Shown: piece after piece, positions 19,344-28,201 of the stretch
How the letters are laid out: every line of letters begins with the position of its first letter
How positions within the stretch are numbered: the stretch's first letter is position 1
Assembly: GCA_049967655.1 (NCBI GenBank)
Contig: JBMFSH010000012.1
Location: forward strand, 1 to 64,000
DNA length: 64,000 nt
Direction: 5' to 3'
DNA from: Acidobacteriota bacterium
GTDB lineage: Bacteria; Acidobacteriota; UBA4820; DSQY01
The notes under the pieces: generated by a model
Told to the model about the DNA's origin: nothing
Database searches by the model: none
Seen by the model: only the letters and a program-made list of their open reading frames with translations
Program-made: the position numbers and the translations under genes

Positions 19344-19434
19344 GTATTATACCAAAAGAACGCTCATATAGATTGCAACAAACTGATAATTCATAGGTTG
19401 TACGCGGAATGAGGGAGGCGAAGAGGCAGACTTT

Positions 19435-19741
19435 CCCAATCCCGCGATGGAACGGGGGAAAGAGCATGGAAAGCAGGTGGGACAAGGCATTGGAGAAGAG
19501 GCCCTAGTTCCCTATCAAGGGATTGGGGCGCCCTTGAGCCAAGGGCGGGAGGGCGCCAAGGGTGGGGTGAGGGTCCACGGGCTTGGCCCGTGGAGCGGGG
19601 CCCCGCAGGGCAATCTCCCGAACCGTCGGGCTTGGCTCGCGGTTCGGTGCGGCAAGGCCATGACCCTCCCCGTCCAGGGGACAACGTCTTTCCCCCGTGA
19701 GCCGTAGCCGAAGGCACCCGCGTATCCATCGTGGAATTTGG
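19435..19741 (+). repeat. Dispersed structured repeat, copy C (19551-19741), with an extra hairpin and an inverted terminal copy at 19435-19454 (MITE-like)
   Basis: Matches copy B with a ~50 nt insertion; cccaatcccgcgatggaacg is the inverted counterpart of cgtatccatcgtggaatttgg. Confidence 0.8.
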
Positions 19742-19745
19742 GGGC

Positions 19746-22319
19746 TCAGGAGAGCTTGCGTTTGAGCCGTTCAAGGAGAAGAAGGGCATCCAACGGCGTC
19801 AGGCGATGAGGATCGGCTTGGCGGAGAGCGGTGACCACCGCCGCCTCGCGTCCGGGATCCTCTCCCGAGAAGAGAGTCGACTGCCGCGGCCGGGGCCGGA
19901 CCTGCTCGGAGAGACCCACCTGCTCTCGCCGCCGCTCCAGCCGCTCCAGCACCTCGCGAGCCCTGGACACCACGGGTGCGGGCACTCCCGCCAGCTCCGC
20001 CACGTGGATGCCGTACGATTTATCCGCCGCCCCCGGCTCCACCATCTTGAGGAAGTGGACGGTGCCGGCGTACTCGCGCACGGCCATGGTCAGATTCCGC
20101 ACGCCGGGCAGGGTGCGGCCGAGCTCGGTGAGCTCGTGGTAATGGGTGGCAAAGAGGGTCCGGCATCCGATTCCCTCCGGCCCGCGCAGCGCCTCCACGA
20201 CGGCCCAGGCGATGGCGAGGCCGTCGTAGGTGCTCGTGCCCCGTCCCACCTCGTCCAGGATGACCAGGGAGCGCACCGTGGCCCCCCGGAGGATGGCGGC
20301 CGTCTCGGTCATCTCCACCATGAAGGTCGAAAGCCCTCTGAGCAGGCTGTCCCCCGCCCCGACCCGGCAGTAGAGGCGGTCCGCCAACCCCACCGTAGCG
20401 CTCCTCGCGGGCACCCAGGAGCCCACGTGCGCCATGACGGCCAGGAGGGCCGTCTGCCTCAAATAGGTGGACTTTCCGCCCATGTTGGGCCCCGTCAGGA
20501 GGGTGACCTGCTTCTCCGCCGTATCCATCTCCACGGGGTTTGGCACGAAGGGCCTGTGGCGTTCGTCCAGCTCCAGCACCGGGTGGCGAGCCTCCTCCAT
20601 GGCGATCACCGGCTCCTCCACTATCACGGGCCGCACGTAGCCCCGTTCGCGAGCAAAGTGCGCGAAGCCCGCCAGGATGTCCTGGGAGGCGAGCTCGGCC
20701 GACACCTCCCGCAAGAGCGGTAGAACGGGGGCCAGTTCCTCAACCAGTTCGCCCCACAGGCGCTCCTCCAGCGCGTAGCGATCGGCTCTGGCGGACAAAA
20801 TCCGGCCCTCCAGCTCGCGCAATTCGGCAGTCACGAAGCGCTCCGCGTTCACGAGGGTCTGCCGGCGCTCATAGTCGGGGGGCACCTTGGGCAGATTGGC
20901 CTTGCTCACCTCGATAAAATAGCCGAACACGCGGTTGTAGCGGATTTTTAGCGAGCCGATACCCGTCCGTCCGCGTTCCCTCGCCTCCACCTGCAGGATG
21001 GCATCGTGGGCGTTTTCCGACAGGCCCCTCAGGCGGTCCAGCTCGGGCAGGAACCCGCGCGCGAAGATCCCTCCCTCCCGGGCGTGGGCCGGCAGCGTCT
21101 CTTCGAGCTGTTCGGCCAGCCGGCGCGCCCAGGCCTGCACCTTAGGCAGGGCGGCCTCCAGCGCCTCGGAGCCTTCCCCTATTCCTCGAAGCAGAGCCAG
21201 CGCCTCGGGCATTTTATCGAGGGCCGCCCGGAGACCGCCTGCGTCTCGCGGGGAGGCGATGCCAGCGGCAAAGCGCGCCACGAGCCGGCCGAGATCGGGA
21301 TACCCCCTCAACAGCGATCGCCACGCCGCCAGCTCGGCGGGCTTCCCCATCCACGCCGCCACCGTGGACTGGCGCGCCAAGATCCGCGCGCGGTCGGCGC
21401 AGGGGGTCAGGAGCCAGTCCCTCAGAAGCCTCCCACCCATGGGAGTGAGAGTCCCATCGAGGCATTGGAGAAGGCTGCCCCGCCTCCCGCCGCTCTCCTG
21501 ACCGACCACCAGTTCCAGGTTCCGCCGGGTGGCCTCGTCCATGGCGAGGAAGGTGCCGGGCGTCTCGTACCTAGGCATCTTCAGCGTGGCGGCGCCTCGC
21601 TCTTTTACGTACGCCAGGAGGGCGCTGAGCGCCCCCAAGGGCTCGGGCTCTCCAGGGAGACCGGGCAGGCCGGGCGGGAGTCCAAGCCCCCCGGTCAACC
21701 GCTCCAGGGCTCGCCGGTGGGCGAACTCCTCGTCGGGAATGGGCGAGTTAGCCGCCTGGCCCACCTCCGGTACCGAGTCGTCCGATTCGGGATGGAGGAG
21801 CTCGGCGGGCCCCACCGCCCTGAGGCGCTCGATGGCCTCCTCGGGCCCGGACTGCCACACCACGACTTCGCCCGAAGAGAGGTCGGTCCAAGCCAAGCCC
21901 ACCCTTGCCCCAACGGCGTTCCACGCGGCCAGAAAAACGGGCTGGCCGGCCTCCACCACCCCCTCCTCCAGGGCCGTGCCGGGAGTCACCACGCGGGTCA
22001 CCTCCCGCCGAACGATCCCCTTGGCCTGGGCGGGATTCTCCACCTGGTCGCAGAGGGCTACCTTGTGGCCGGCCCGGATGAGGCGCCCGAGGTAGCTCTC
22101 CAGGGCATGATGGGGGATGCCGCACATGGGCATGGGATCGGCCTTGTCCCGGTCCCTCGTGGTCAGGGCGATTTCGAGGAGATCGGAGGCCAGGAGGGCA
22201 TCAGGGCCGAACATCTCGTAGAAGTCGCCCATGCGGAAGAGGACGATCTTGTCCGGGTGGGCATCCTTGACGCGCTGCCACTGCCGCATGGCAGGGGTAA
22301 GCTTCATCTCGCTCGGCAT
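19746..22319 (-). CDS. mutS: DNA mismatch repair protein MutS
   Basis: TP.M.Q, FRMGDFYE, TGPNMGGKSTYLRQ, STFMVEM, DEVGRGTST, SYGIHVA. Confidence 0.98.
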   Translation of the reverse strand: MPSEMKLTPAMRQWQRVKDAHPDKIVLFRMGDFYEMFGPDALLASDLLEIALTTRDRDKADPMPMCGIPHHALESYLGRLIRAGHKVALCDQVENPAQAKGIVRREVTRVVTPGTALEEGVVEAGQPVFLAAWNAVGARVGLAWTDLSSGEVVVWQSGPEEAIERLRAVGPAELLHPESDDSVPEVGQAANSPIPDEEFAHRRALERLTGGLGLPPGLPGLPGEPEPLGALSALLAYVKERGAATLKMPRYETPGTFLAMDEATRRNLELVVGQESGGRRGSLLQCLDGTLTPMGGRLLRDWLLTPCADRARILARQSTVAAWMGKPAELAAWRSLLRGYPDLGRLVARFAAGIASPRDAGGLRAALDKMPEALALLRGIGEGSEALEAALPKVQAWARRLAEQLEETLPAHAREGGIFARGFLPELDRLRGLSENAHDAILQVEARERGRTGIGSLKIRYNRVFGYFIEVSKANLPKVPPDYERRQTLVNAERFVTAELRELEGRILSARADRYALEERLWGELVEELAPVLPLLREVSAELASQDILAGFAHFARERGYVRPVIVEEPVIAMEEARHPVLELDERHRPFVPNPVEMDTAEKQVTLLTGPNMGGKSTYLRQTALLAVMAHVGSWVPARSATVGLADRLYCRVGAGDSLLRGLSTFMVEMTETAAILRGATVRSLVILDEVGRGTSTYDGLAIAWAVVEALRGPEGIGCRTLFATHYHELTELGRTLPGVRNLTMAVREYAGTVHFLKMVEPGAADKSYGIHVAELAGVPAPVVSRAREVLERLERRREQVGLSEQVRPRPRQSTLFSGEDPGREAAVVTALRQADPHRLTPLDALLLLERLKRKLS

Positions 22320-22464
22320 CGCCTGCCCTGCTCCTTTCCAAGCTGGCCCTGAGAACTGGTCGCCTGGCCAACGCCCCCGCCCCCTGTTGAAGATGGGTCC
22401 GGCTCCGGCGCGTCAGCCTGCCTATTCAACCACGAGCCCCTCCGCTTCGCCAATCTGCTGCGGG

Positions 22465-22523
22465 CTGGCGCCACTCTGGCACCACTCTGGCACGTTGACG
22501 CACTGGGCTCTTTCCGATAAACT
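22465..22523 (+). promoter_or_regulatory. glnA promoter region: three 11-bp direct repeats (also sigma54 -24/-12-like) abutting a sigma70 promoter
   Basis: CTGGCGCCACT-CTGGCACCACT-CTGGCACGTTG (22465-22497); TTGACG (22495-22500), 17 bp spacer, TAAACT (22518-22523). Confidence 0.6.
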
Positions 22524-22556
22524 GCCTTGTATACTTTCCTTGAGGGAGAGCCAATC

Positions 22557-23969
22557 ATGGACGCAAAACGGGTAATGGAGCTGATCAGGGAAAAGAGTAT
22601 CCGGATGGTGGACTTGCGGTTCATGGACATGCCGGGCCTCTGGCAGCATTTCACCGTCCCGGCGGAATCCTTCTCGGAAGACGCCTTCACGGAGGGGGTC
22701 GGCTTCGACGGCTCCTCCATCCGAGGCTGGAAGTCCATCCACGAGAGCGACATGATCGTGGTTCCGGACCCGACCGCGGCCTACGAGGACCCCTACTTCA
22801 CGCTGCCCACCCTGACCCTGATCTGCAACATCCTCGACCCCGTGACCAAGGAATCATACCCGCGCGATCCTCGCAACATCGCCCTCAAGGCCCAGAACTA
22901 CTTGATCTCGACGGGCATCGCGGATACGGCTTACTTCGGCTGTGAGGCCGAGTTCTTCGTCTTCGACGACATCCGCTTCGATCAGACGCCGAGCTGCGGC
23001 TTCTACTACGTGGACTCGGTGGAGGGCCGATGGAACAGCGGCCGGGACGAGAAGCCCAACCTGGGGTACAAGCCGAGGTACAAGGAGGGCTACTTCCCCG
23101 TGCCCCCCACGGATGCCACCCACGACCTCCGCGCCGAAATGGTGCGCGTCATGCAGGAGGTGGGGATGACCGTCGAGGCCCACCACCATGAGGTGGCCAC
23201 GGCCGGCCAGTGCGAAATCGACATCCGCTTCGACACCCTCGTGCGAACCGCGGACAACCTGATGAAATTCAAGTACGTCGTGAAGAATACCGCCCTGCGG
23301 TACGGCAAGACGGCCACCTTCATGCCCAAGCCCATTTTCGGGGACAACGGCTCCGGGATGCACACTCACCAGAGCCTGTGGAAGGAGGGCCAGCCGCTCT
23401 TCCCGGGCAACGGCTACGCCGGCCTCTCCCAAACGGCTCTCTTCTACATCGGCGGCCTGCTCAAGCACGCCCGCGCGCTGGCCGCCATCATCGCCCCCAC
23501 CACCAACTCCTACAAGAGGCTGGTACCGGGATTTGAGGCGCCCGTGAACCTTGCCTACTCGCGCCGGAACCGCTCCGCCTCCATCCGGATTCCTCTTTAC
23601 ACGGAGAGCCCCAAGGCCAAGCGCCTGGAGTTCAGGCCGCCGGATCCCTCCTGCAACCCTTACCTGGCACTGGCCGCCCAACTCATGGCGGGGCTCGACG
23701 GGATCCTGAACCGGATCGATCCGGGACCGCCTCTGGACAAGGACCTCTACGGCCTGCCGCCCGAGCAGCTCAAGGAGATCCCCACCATGCCGGGGTCGCT
23801 CTCGGAGGCCCTGGCGGAGCTCGAGAAGGACCACGAGTTCCTGCTCAAGGGCGACGTCTTCACCGAGGACTTCCTGCACACCTGGATCGAATACAAGCGC
23901 CACCGAGAGGTGGAGGAGATCAACCTCAGGCCCCATCCCTACGAATTCGCCCTGTACTACGATATATAG
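22557..23969 (+). CDS. glnA: Glutamine synthetase type I
   Basis: [42 protein letters not shown], adenylylation-site Tyr in DLYGLPPE. Confidence 0.98.
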   Translation: MDAKRVMELIREKSIRMVDLRFMDMPGLWQHFTVPAESFSEDAFTEGVGFDGSSIRGWKSIHESDMIVVPDPTAAYEDPYFTLPTLTLICNILDPVTKESYPRDPRNIALKAQNYLISTGIADTAYFGCEAEFFVFDDIRFDQTPSCGFYYVDSVEGRWNSGRDEKPNLGYKPRYKEGYFPVPPTDATHDLRAEMVRVMQEVGMTVEAHHHEVATAGQCEIDIRFDTLVRTADNLMKFKYVVKNTALRYGKTATFMPKPIFGDNGSGMHTHQSLWKEGQPLFPGNGYAGLSQTALFYIGGLLKHARALAAIIAPTTNSYKRLVPGFEAPVNLAYSRRNRSASIRIPLYTESPKAKRLEFRPPDPSCNPYLALAAQLMAGLDGILNRIDPGPPLDKDLYGLPPEQLKEIPTMPGSLSEALAELEKDHEFLLKGDVFTEDFLHTWIEYKRHREVEEINLRPHPYEFALYYDI

Positions 23970-24009
23970 AGATGAAACGGGCGGCGGGGCAGCCGCTGGG
24001 AGGAAACCC

Positions 24010-24672
24010 ATGAAGCGTACGCTGGGAGCCACCATCCTTCTGCTGGCCGCGCTTTCCTGCATCCACGTGGTCGTGAACGTCTACTTCCCTGCCTCCGAAG
24101 CCAAGGGCGCCTTGGCCTCCCTGGAGGATGAGCTTCTCGCCGGCAGCCCCGGCAAGCCCCCATCCACCCAGGAAAAACCGGCACAGCCGGCGACGCCCCA
24201 GGAACCCGCCACGCCCCCCAAGGGGCCGAGGGAGAGCGCCTGGCTCGGCCTCCTCCACCCCCAGGTGGCCTACGCCGCCGGGTCCGTCACGGAGGAGGAG
24301 ATCTACAACCGGATCAAGTCCATGCCCCAGGTAGTGGAGGCTTACCAGCGAATCGGGGCCCGGATGGCCCGGGTGGACGCCCTGCGCCAGGCCGGCCTCG
24401 TGGGCGAGGGGAACGACGGGCTGCTCAAGCCCAGGCAGGCGATCCCCGATCGGCGAGACCAGCGAACCATCGAGGAGGAGAACGCCGACCGCCTGGTGGT
24501 CATCCGGGGGTTGGCCAAGGCGGCGCTTCTGGCCCAGGGCGAGGCGGTCACCGCCGCTGCCCTCAGCCGGGTCGAGCCCGACGCGGCGGCGACCTTCGCC
24601 TCCCTGCGACGCGAAAAGGCCCAAGCCGGGTGGTGGATCCAGATGCCCGACGGGAGCTGGCGGAAGAAGTAG
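24010..24672 (+). CDS. DUF1318/YdbL family lipoprotein
   Basis: Lipobox ALSC, NVYFP, GLVGEGNDG, ENADR, GWWIQ..DGSW.KK. Confidence 0.85.
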   Translation: MKRTLGATILLLAALSCIHVVVNVYFPASEAKGALASLEDELLAGSPGKPPSTQEKPAQPATPQEPATPPKGPRESAWLGLLHPQVAYAAGSVTEEEIYNRIKSMPQVVEAYQRIGARMARVDALRQAGLVGEGNDGLLKPRQAIPDRRDQRTIEEENADRLVVIRGLAKAALLAQGEAVTAAALSRVEPDAAATFASLRREKAQAGWWIQMPDGSWRKK

Positions 24673-24805
24673 TCCTCTGCCCGCCTCCCGGCCTCCGAGG
24701 TACGGTGTTTCTTATTCCCACACCGGGGGGGAGAGATTCTTTTCCACAACCCGCGCCCCGTGGACATCGTGACGCAGCCATTTATCTATCAAGTGGTTAC
24801 GGAGC

Positions 24806-24834
24806 TTGACAGGACTTTCGACGGGACTTATATT
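24806..24834 (+). promoter_or_regulatory. Sigma70 promoter of an orphan short transcription unit
   Basis: TTGACA (24806-24811), 17 bp spacer, TATATT (24829-24834). Confidence 0.7.
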
Positions 24835-24859
24835 CTCGCGGCATGGGTGAGGTGACCTG

Positions 24860-25048
24860 ATGCTGAAATCGATTCCCTACGTTCGCCGGATGCTCCCCCA
24901 AGAATCCAAGAGGGTTCCTGCTCCCCGCCACGGCCAGTGGACGGGTGCTTCCGAAGCGGCGGCAAAGAAATCCCCTCCTTTCCAAGGTTCCGATCCGTTT
25001 CCCGCGAATCCGGTCGTTCCGGCTTCGCGGATTTCGGCTCCTCAGTGA
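24860..25048 (+). CDS. Putative 62 aa small protein (or ~240 nt sRNA)
   Basis: SD GAGGTGA upstream; lies exactly between a consensus promoter and a terminator hairpin; no recognisable domain. Confidence 0.45.
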   Translation: MLKSIPYVRRMLPQESKRVPAPRHGQWTGASEAAAKKSPPFQGSDPFPANPVVPASRISAPQ

Positions 25049-25054
25049 GGGGAC

Positions 25055-25082
25055 AAGCGGCGGGGACGGTCCCCGCCGCTTT
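25055..25082. terminator. Terminator hairpin, possibly bidirectional
   Basis: Perfect 12-bp stem AAGCGGCGGGGA-cgg-TCCCCGCCGCTT between convergent units; short U-tail. Confidence 0.7.
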
Positions 25083-25264
25083 CGTGTGGTCCTCCGTTGT
25101 GCTCATTGCCCTTCTCGCCCGGACCAGATGATTTGGGGATTTTCCTCTCTCCAGGTAAATCCGTTGCGGCGCGCTTTTCGGCCCTCCGAAACCAAGCGGA
25201 GAAGCGCCCGGCCCGAGGCTGGAGCCTCTTCATCGTCTCCTTTTGAACAGGCGCGATCCGCGCC

Positions 25265-26062
25265 CTACTTCTTAATGGGAGCCGATAGGCCGAGCTTGGC
25301 CATGACCTCCTGGATGTCCTTCCAGACTTGCCCTTTGGCGCCCGGGTTTCTCAGCAGGTAGGAGGGATGGTAGGTGGGCATCATGGCGGTGCCCCGAAAA
25401 TCCGTCCAGGTGCCCCGGAATTTGGTGATCTGAACGGGGGCCTTCAGAAGCGCCTGGATGGCCACCCGCCCGAGCCCCACGATGACCTCCGGCCGGATGA
25501 CGTCGATCTGGGCCTCCAGAAAGGGGAGGCAGGCCTGCACCTCGTCCGGCTCCGGGTCCCGGTTGCCCGGCGGCCTGCACTTCACCACGTTGGCGATGTA
25601 GACCTGGGACCGGGAGAGGCCCATACCCTTGGTGATAATGTCCGTCAGGAGCTTCCCCGCGCGGCCCACGAAGGGCTCGCCCTGGGCGTCTTCATCGGCC
25701 CCCGGCCCCTCGCCGATGAACATGACCCTAGCCCTCGGGTCTCCGACGCCGAACACGATGTGGCTTCTCTTCTCGCAGAGCTTGCACCGCCGGCAGTCGC
25801 CGATCCAGGCTCGGATGGCATCGAGAGCCCGGCCCGGCTCCTCGGGCCAGGGGCCCTTGGGGGCCGCGGAACCCTCCGAGTGGGCGTGAGGTAAAGGGGG
25901 GACAGTGGCCGGTCGCCGGAGCTCCGCCTTGGGCCGGCCGGGGTTCCCAGCCTCCATCGCGCCTGCCGCCCGGACCTGCCTGGCCAGGCCGTAGTCCAAT
26001 CCCTGCTCCTTCAGGAAGCCGGCCCTCAGCCGCACCTGCTCGGCAAAGGCGTCATCGGCCAT
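25265..26062 (-). CDS. udg: Uracil-DNA glycosylase family 4
   Basis: C..C.L, IGEGPG..ED, PFVGRAG, NVVKCRPP.NR, YHPSYLLR. Confidence 0.95.
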   Translation of the reverse strand: MADDAFAEQVRLRAGFLKEQGLDYGLARQVRAAGAMEAGNPGRPKAELRRPATVPPLPHAHSEGSAAPKGPWPEEPGRALDAIRAWIGDCRRCKLCEKRSHIVFGVGDPRARVMFIGEGPGADEDAQGEPFVGRAGKLLTDIITKGMGLSRSQVYIANVVKCRPPGNRDPEPDEVQACLPFLEAQIDVIRPEVIVGLGRVAIQALLKAPVQITKFRGTWTDFRGTAMMPTYHPSYLLRNPGAKGQVWKDIQEVMAKLGLSAPIKK

Positions 26063-27293
26063 GGAGCGCCTCTTGAATGGCGTCCCATAGGGCCCTCGCG
26101 CAGTCCGTCTTGGAGGCCTCGGGGACTCGCTCCTCGGAACCGTCCGGCCAGAAGAGGCTGAGGGCGTTGCGGTCCGACTCGAATCCCACCCCCTCCTTGG
26201 AAACGTCGTTCGCGGCCACCAGGTCCAGCCCCTTGCGCTTCAGCTTAGCCAGGGCGTTCTCCTTGAGCTCCTCGGTTTCGGCCGCGAAGCCGCACACGAA
26301 CTGCCCCTTCCCTTTCAGGGGCGCCAACGCCTCGAGGATATCTTCCGTGGGCTCAAGGTCGAGTTGCCAGACTCCCTTGCCCTTCTTCCTCTTGGAGGCC
26401 AGGGGTTGCGCGGCCCGGTAGTCGGCCACGGCCGCAGCCATGACGAGGACCTGGCACTCCCGGAAGCGGGCCCGCACCGCCTCGGCCATCTGGGCCGCCG
26501 TGACGACGGGGACGAAATCGGCGCCCGACGGCGGCTCCAGACCCGTGGGCCCCGAAACCAGCGTGACTTGGGCTCCGCGCTGGATGGCCTCGCGGGCCAC
26601 GGCGTAGCCCATCTTGCCCGAGGAGCGGTTGGAGAGAAACCGCACCGGATCTACGGGTTCCCGCGTTGGACCCGCCGTCACCAGCACCTTCACACCCTGC
26701 AGGCCTCCCTCGCGCTCCAGAATGGCCACGGCCTCGCTCGCGATGGCCGCCGGTTCGGGCAGCCGGCCCTCATCCACGTCGCCGCAGGCCAGGCTCCCCT
26801 TGGCGGGCTGAAGGACTGCGTGCCCCCGCCCCTCCAGGATCCTCAGGTTCTCCTGCACGGCGGGGTGGCGCCACATGGAGCCGTTCATGGCCGGCACCAG
26901 GAGCACCGGAGCCCCGCGGTTGGCCAGGTAGTGGGTGGTCAGGAAATCGTCGGCGATGCCTCGGGCCAGCTTCCCGAGGATATTGGCCGTGGCGGGAGCC
27001 ACCAGAAACAGCTCCTCCCACCGGGCCAGCTCGATGTGGGCGATGGAGGGCTCGCCCGATCCCTCAAAGAGGTCCGTGATGACCGGATGGCCCGATAGGG
27101 CCTGGAAGGTGATGGGCGCCACCATCCGGGCCGCGTGGGCCGTCATCACGACCTTCACCTCGCACCTCCGGTCCTGCAGCCGCCGCACCAAATCGCAGGT
27201 CTTGTAGATGCTGATGCCGGCGCATACGCCCAGGGTAACCCGGTGCGTGCCGGCCGCAGATCCCGATGGGGCAATGGGTTTCGTTTTGGCCAT
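26052..27293 (-). CDS. coaBC: Phosphopantothenoylcysteine decarboxylase/ligase CoaBC
   Basis: APATAN, PAMN..MW, LACG, TAGPTRE..DPVRFLSNRSSGKMG, GFAAET. Confidence 0.97.
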   Translation of the reverse strand: MAKTKPIAPSGSAAGTHRVTLGVCAGISIYKTCDLVRRLQDRRCEVKVVMTAHAARMVAPITFQALSGHPVITDLFEGSGEPSIAHIELARWEELFLVAPATANILGKLARGIADDFLTTHYLANRGAPVLLVPAMNGSMWRHPAVQENLRILEGRGHAVLQPAKGSLACGDVDEGRLPEPAAIASEAVAILEREGGLQGVKVLVTAGPTREPVDPVRFLSNRSSGKMGYAVAREAIQRGAQVTLVSGPTGLEPPSGADFVPVVTAAQMAEAVRARFRECQVLVMAAAVADYRAAQPLASKRKKGKGVWQLDLEPTEDILEALAPLKGKGQFVCGFAAETEELKENALAKLKRKGLDLVAANDVSKEGVGFESDRNALSLFWPDGSEERVPEASKTDCARALWDAIQEALHGR

Positions 27294-27495
27294 AGCCAGC
27301 CCTCCCTGCTCGCGCCCGGCGCGAGTGGCTCTTCACCCTCCCGGCGCCTTCGTTAGCCATTATGGCATCCACCGGCCATTCCTCCAACGAACCGGTCCCC
27401 TGCGGGCTTTCGGCTCGGGTGTGCCTTACATTGAGAGTTGGGATCGAGCCTCCGACGGCGGTCGCCGGAGGGCTACCCCGCCCGAGGAGTCCACC

Positions 27496-28077
27496 ATGCG
27501 ACGAACCTTTCGAACGCTCCTTCTCCTGTCCACGCCCCTTCTCCTGGCCAGTTGCGCCTCCACCCGTATCACGACCTCCTGGGCCGACCCGCAGATCTCC
27601 GGCTTTAAGCCCAAGTCGGCCATGGTGCTCGTGATCAGCCCCAACGAGGTGACCCGCCGGAGCGGCGAGGACGAGCTGGCCGCCCTGCTCCCCGGCCTCC
27701 ACGCCACCCCCGCCTACCGCCTGCTGACCGAACCGGTCCTGAAGGACAAGGACGCCACCATGAAGGCGCTCAAGGCCAAGGGGGTGGATGCGGTCATCCT
27801 GCTCCGCTTCGCCGGGGTTCAGCGTGAGCTGAACTGGGCGCCGGGCATGTATCCGACCTTCTGGGGCTACTACCGCTGGGCGTGGGTCGAGTCGCCCGCC
27901 TGGGCCTGGACCGACACTACGGTATGGACGGAGGTCCGCGTCTACCAGGTCTCCACGGACAAGCTCGTCTGGGCCGGCGTGTTCCGGACCTTCGACCCCA
28001 AGTCGCCGCAGGACGCCATCGCCCAGGTGGCCCGCTCCGCCGCCGAGGCGCTCCAAAAGGCCGGTCTGGCTTCCTAG
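27496..28077 (+). CDS. Putative lipoprotein
   Basis: SD GAGGAG, signal peptide with lipobox LLASC, C-terminal KLVWAG motif. Confidence 0.8.
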   Translation: MRRTFRTLLLLSTPLLLASCASTRITTSWADPQISGFKPKSAMVLVISPNEVTRRSGEDELAALLPGLHATPAYRLLTEPVLKDKDATMKALKAKGVDAVILLRFAGVQRELNWAPGMYPTFWGYYRWAWVESPAWAWTDTTVWTEVRVYQVSTDKLVWAGVFRTFDPKSPQDAIAQVARSAAEALQKAGLAS

Positions 28078-28201
28078 CGTCCACCCTCGGGTGGGTGCGC
28101 CCGGACCAAACCCCCAGCGCCGCGCCAAGAGCGCGGCCCATCCCCCCGCCGGGGTTCGGAGCCGGCAGGGTGGTCCATGGTGGATGGACAGGACGCGAAA
28201 G

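Noticed and set aside
19261..19430. CIRCE/HAIR operator or ROSE thermometer upstream of hsp20
   Set aside because: No TTAGCACTC-N9-GAGTGCTAA or CTTGAGT-N7-ACTCAAG found; the small leader hairpin does not cover the SD.
24700..24800. Possible oriC
   Set aside because: Only one good DnaA-box-like 9-mer, no box cluster or clear unwinding element, and no dnaA/dnaN/gidA nearby.
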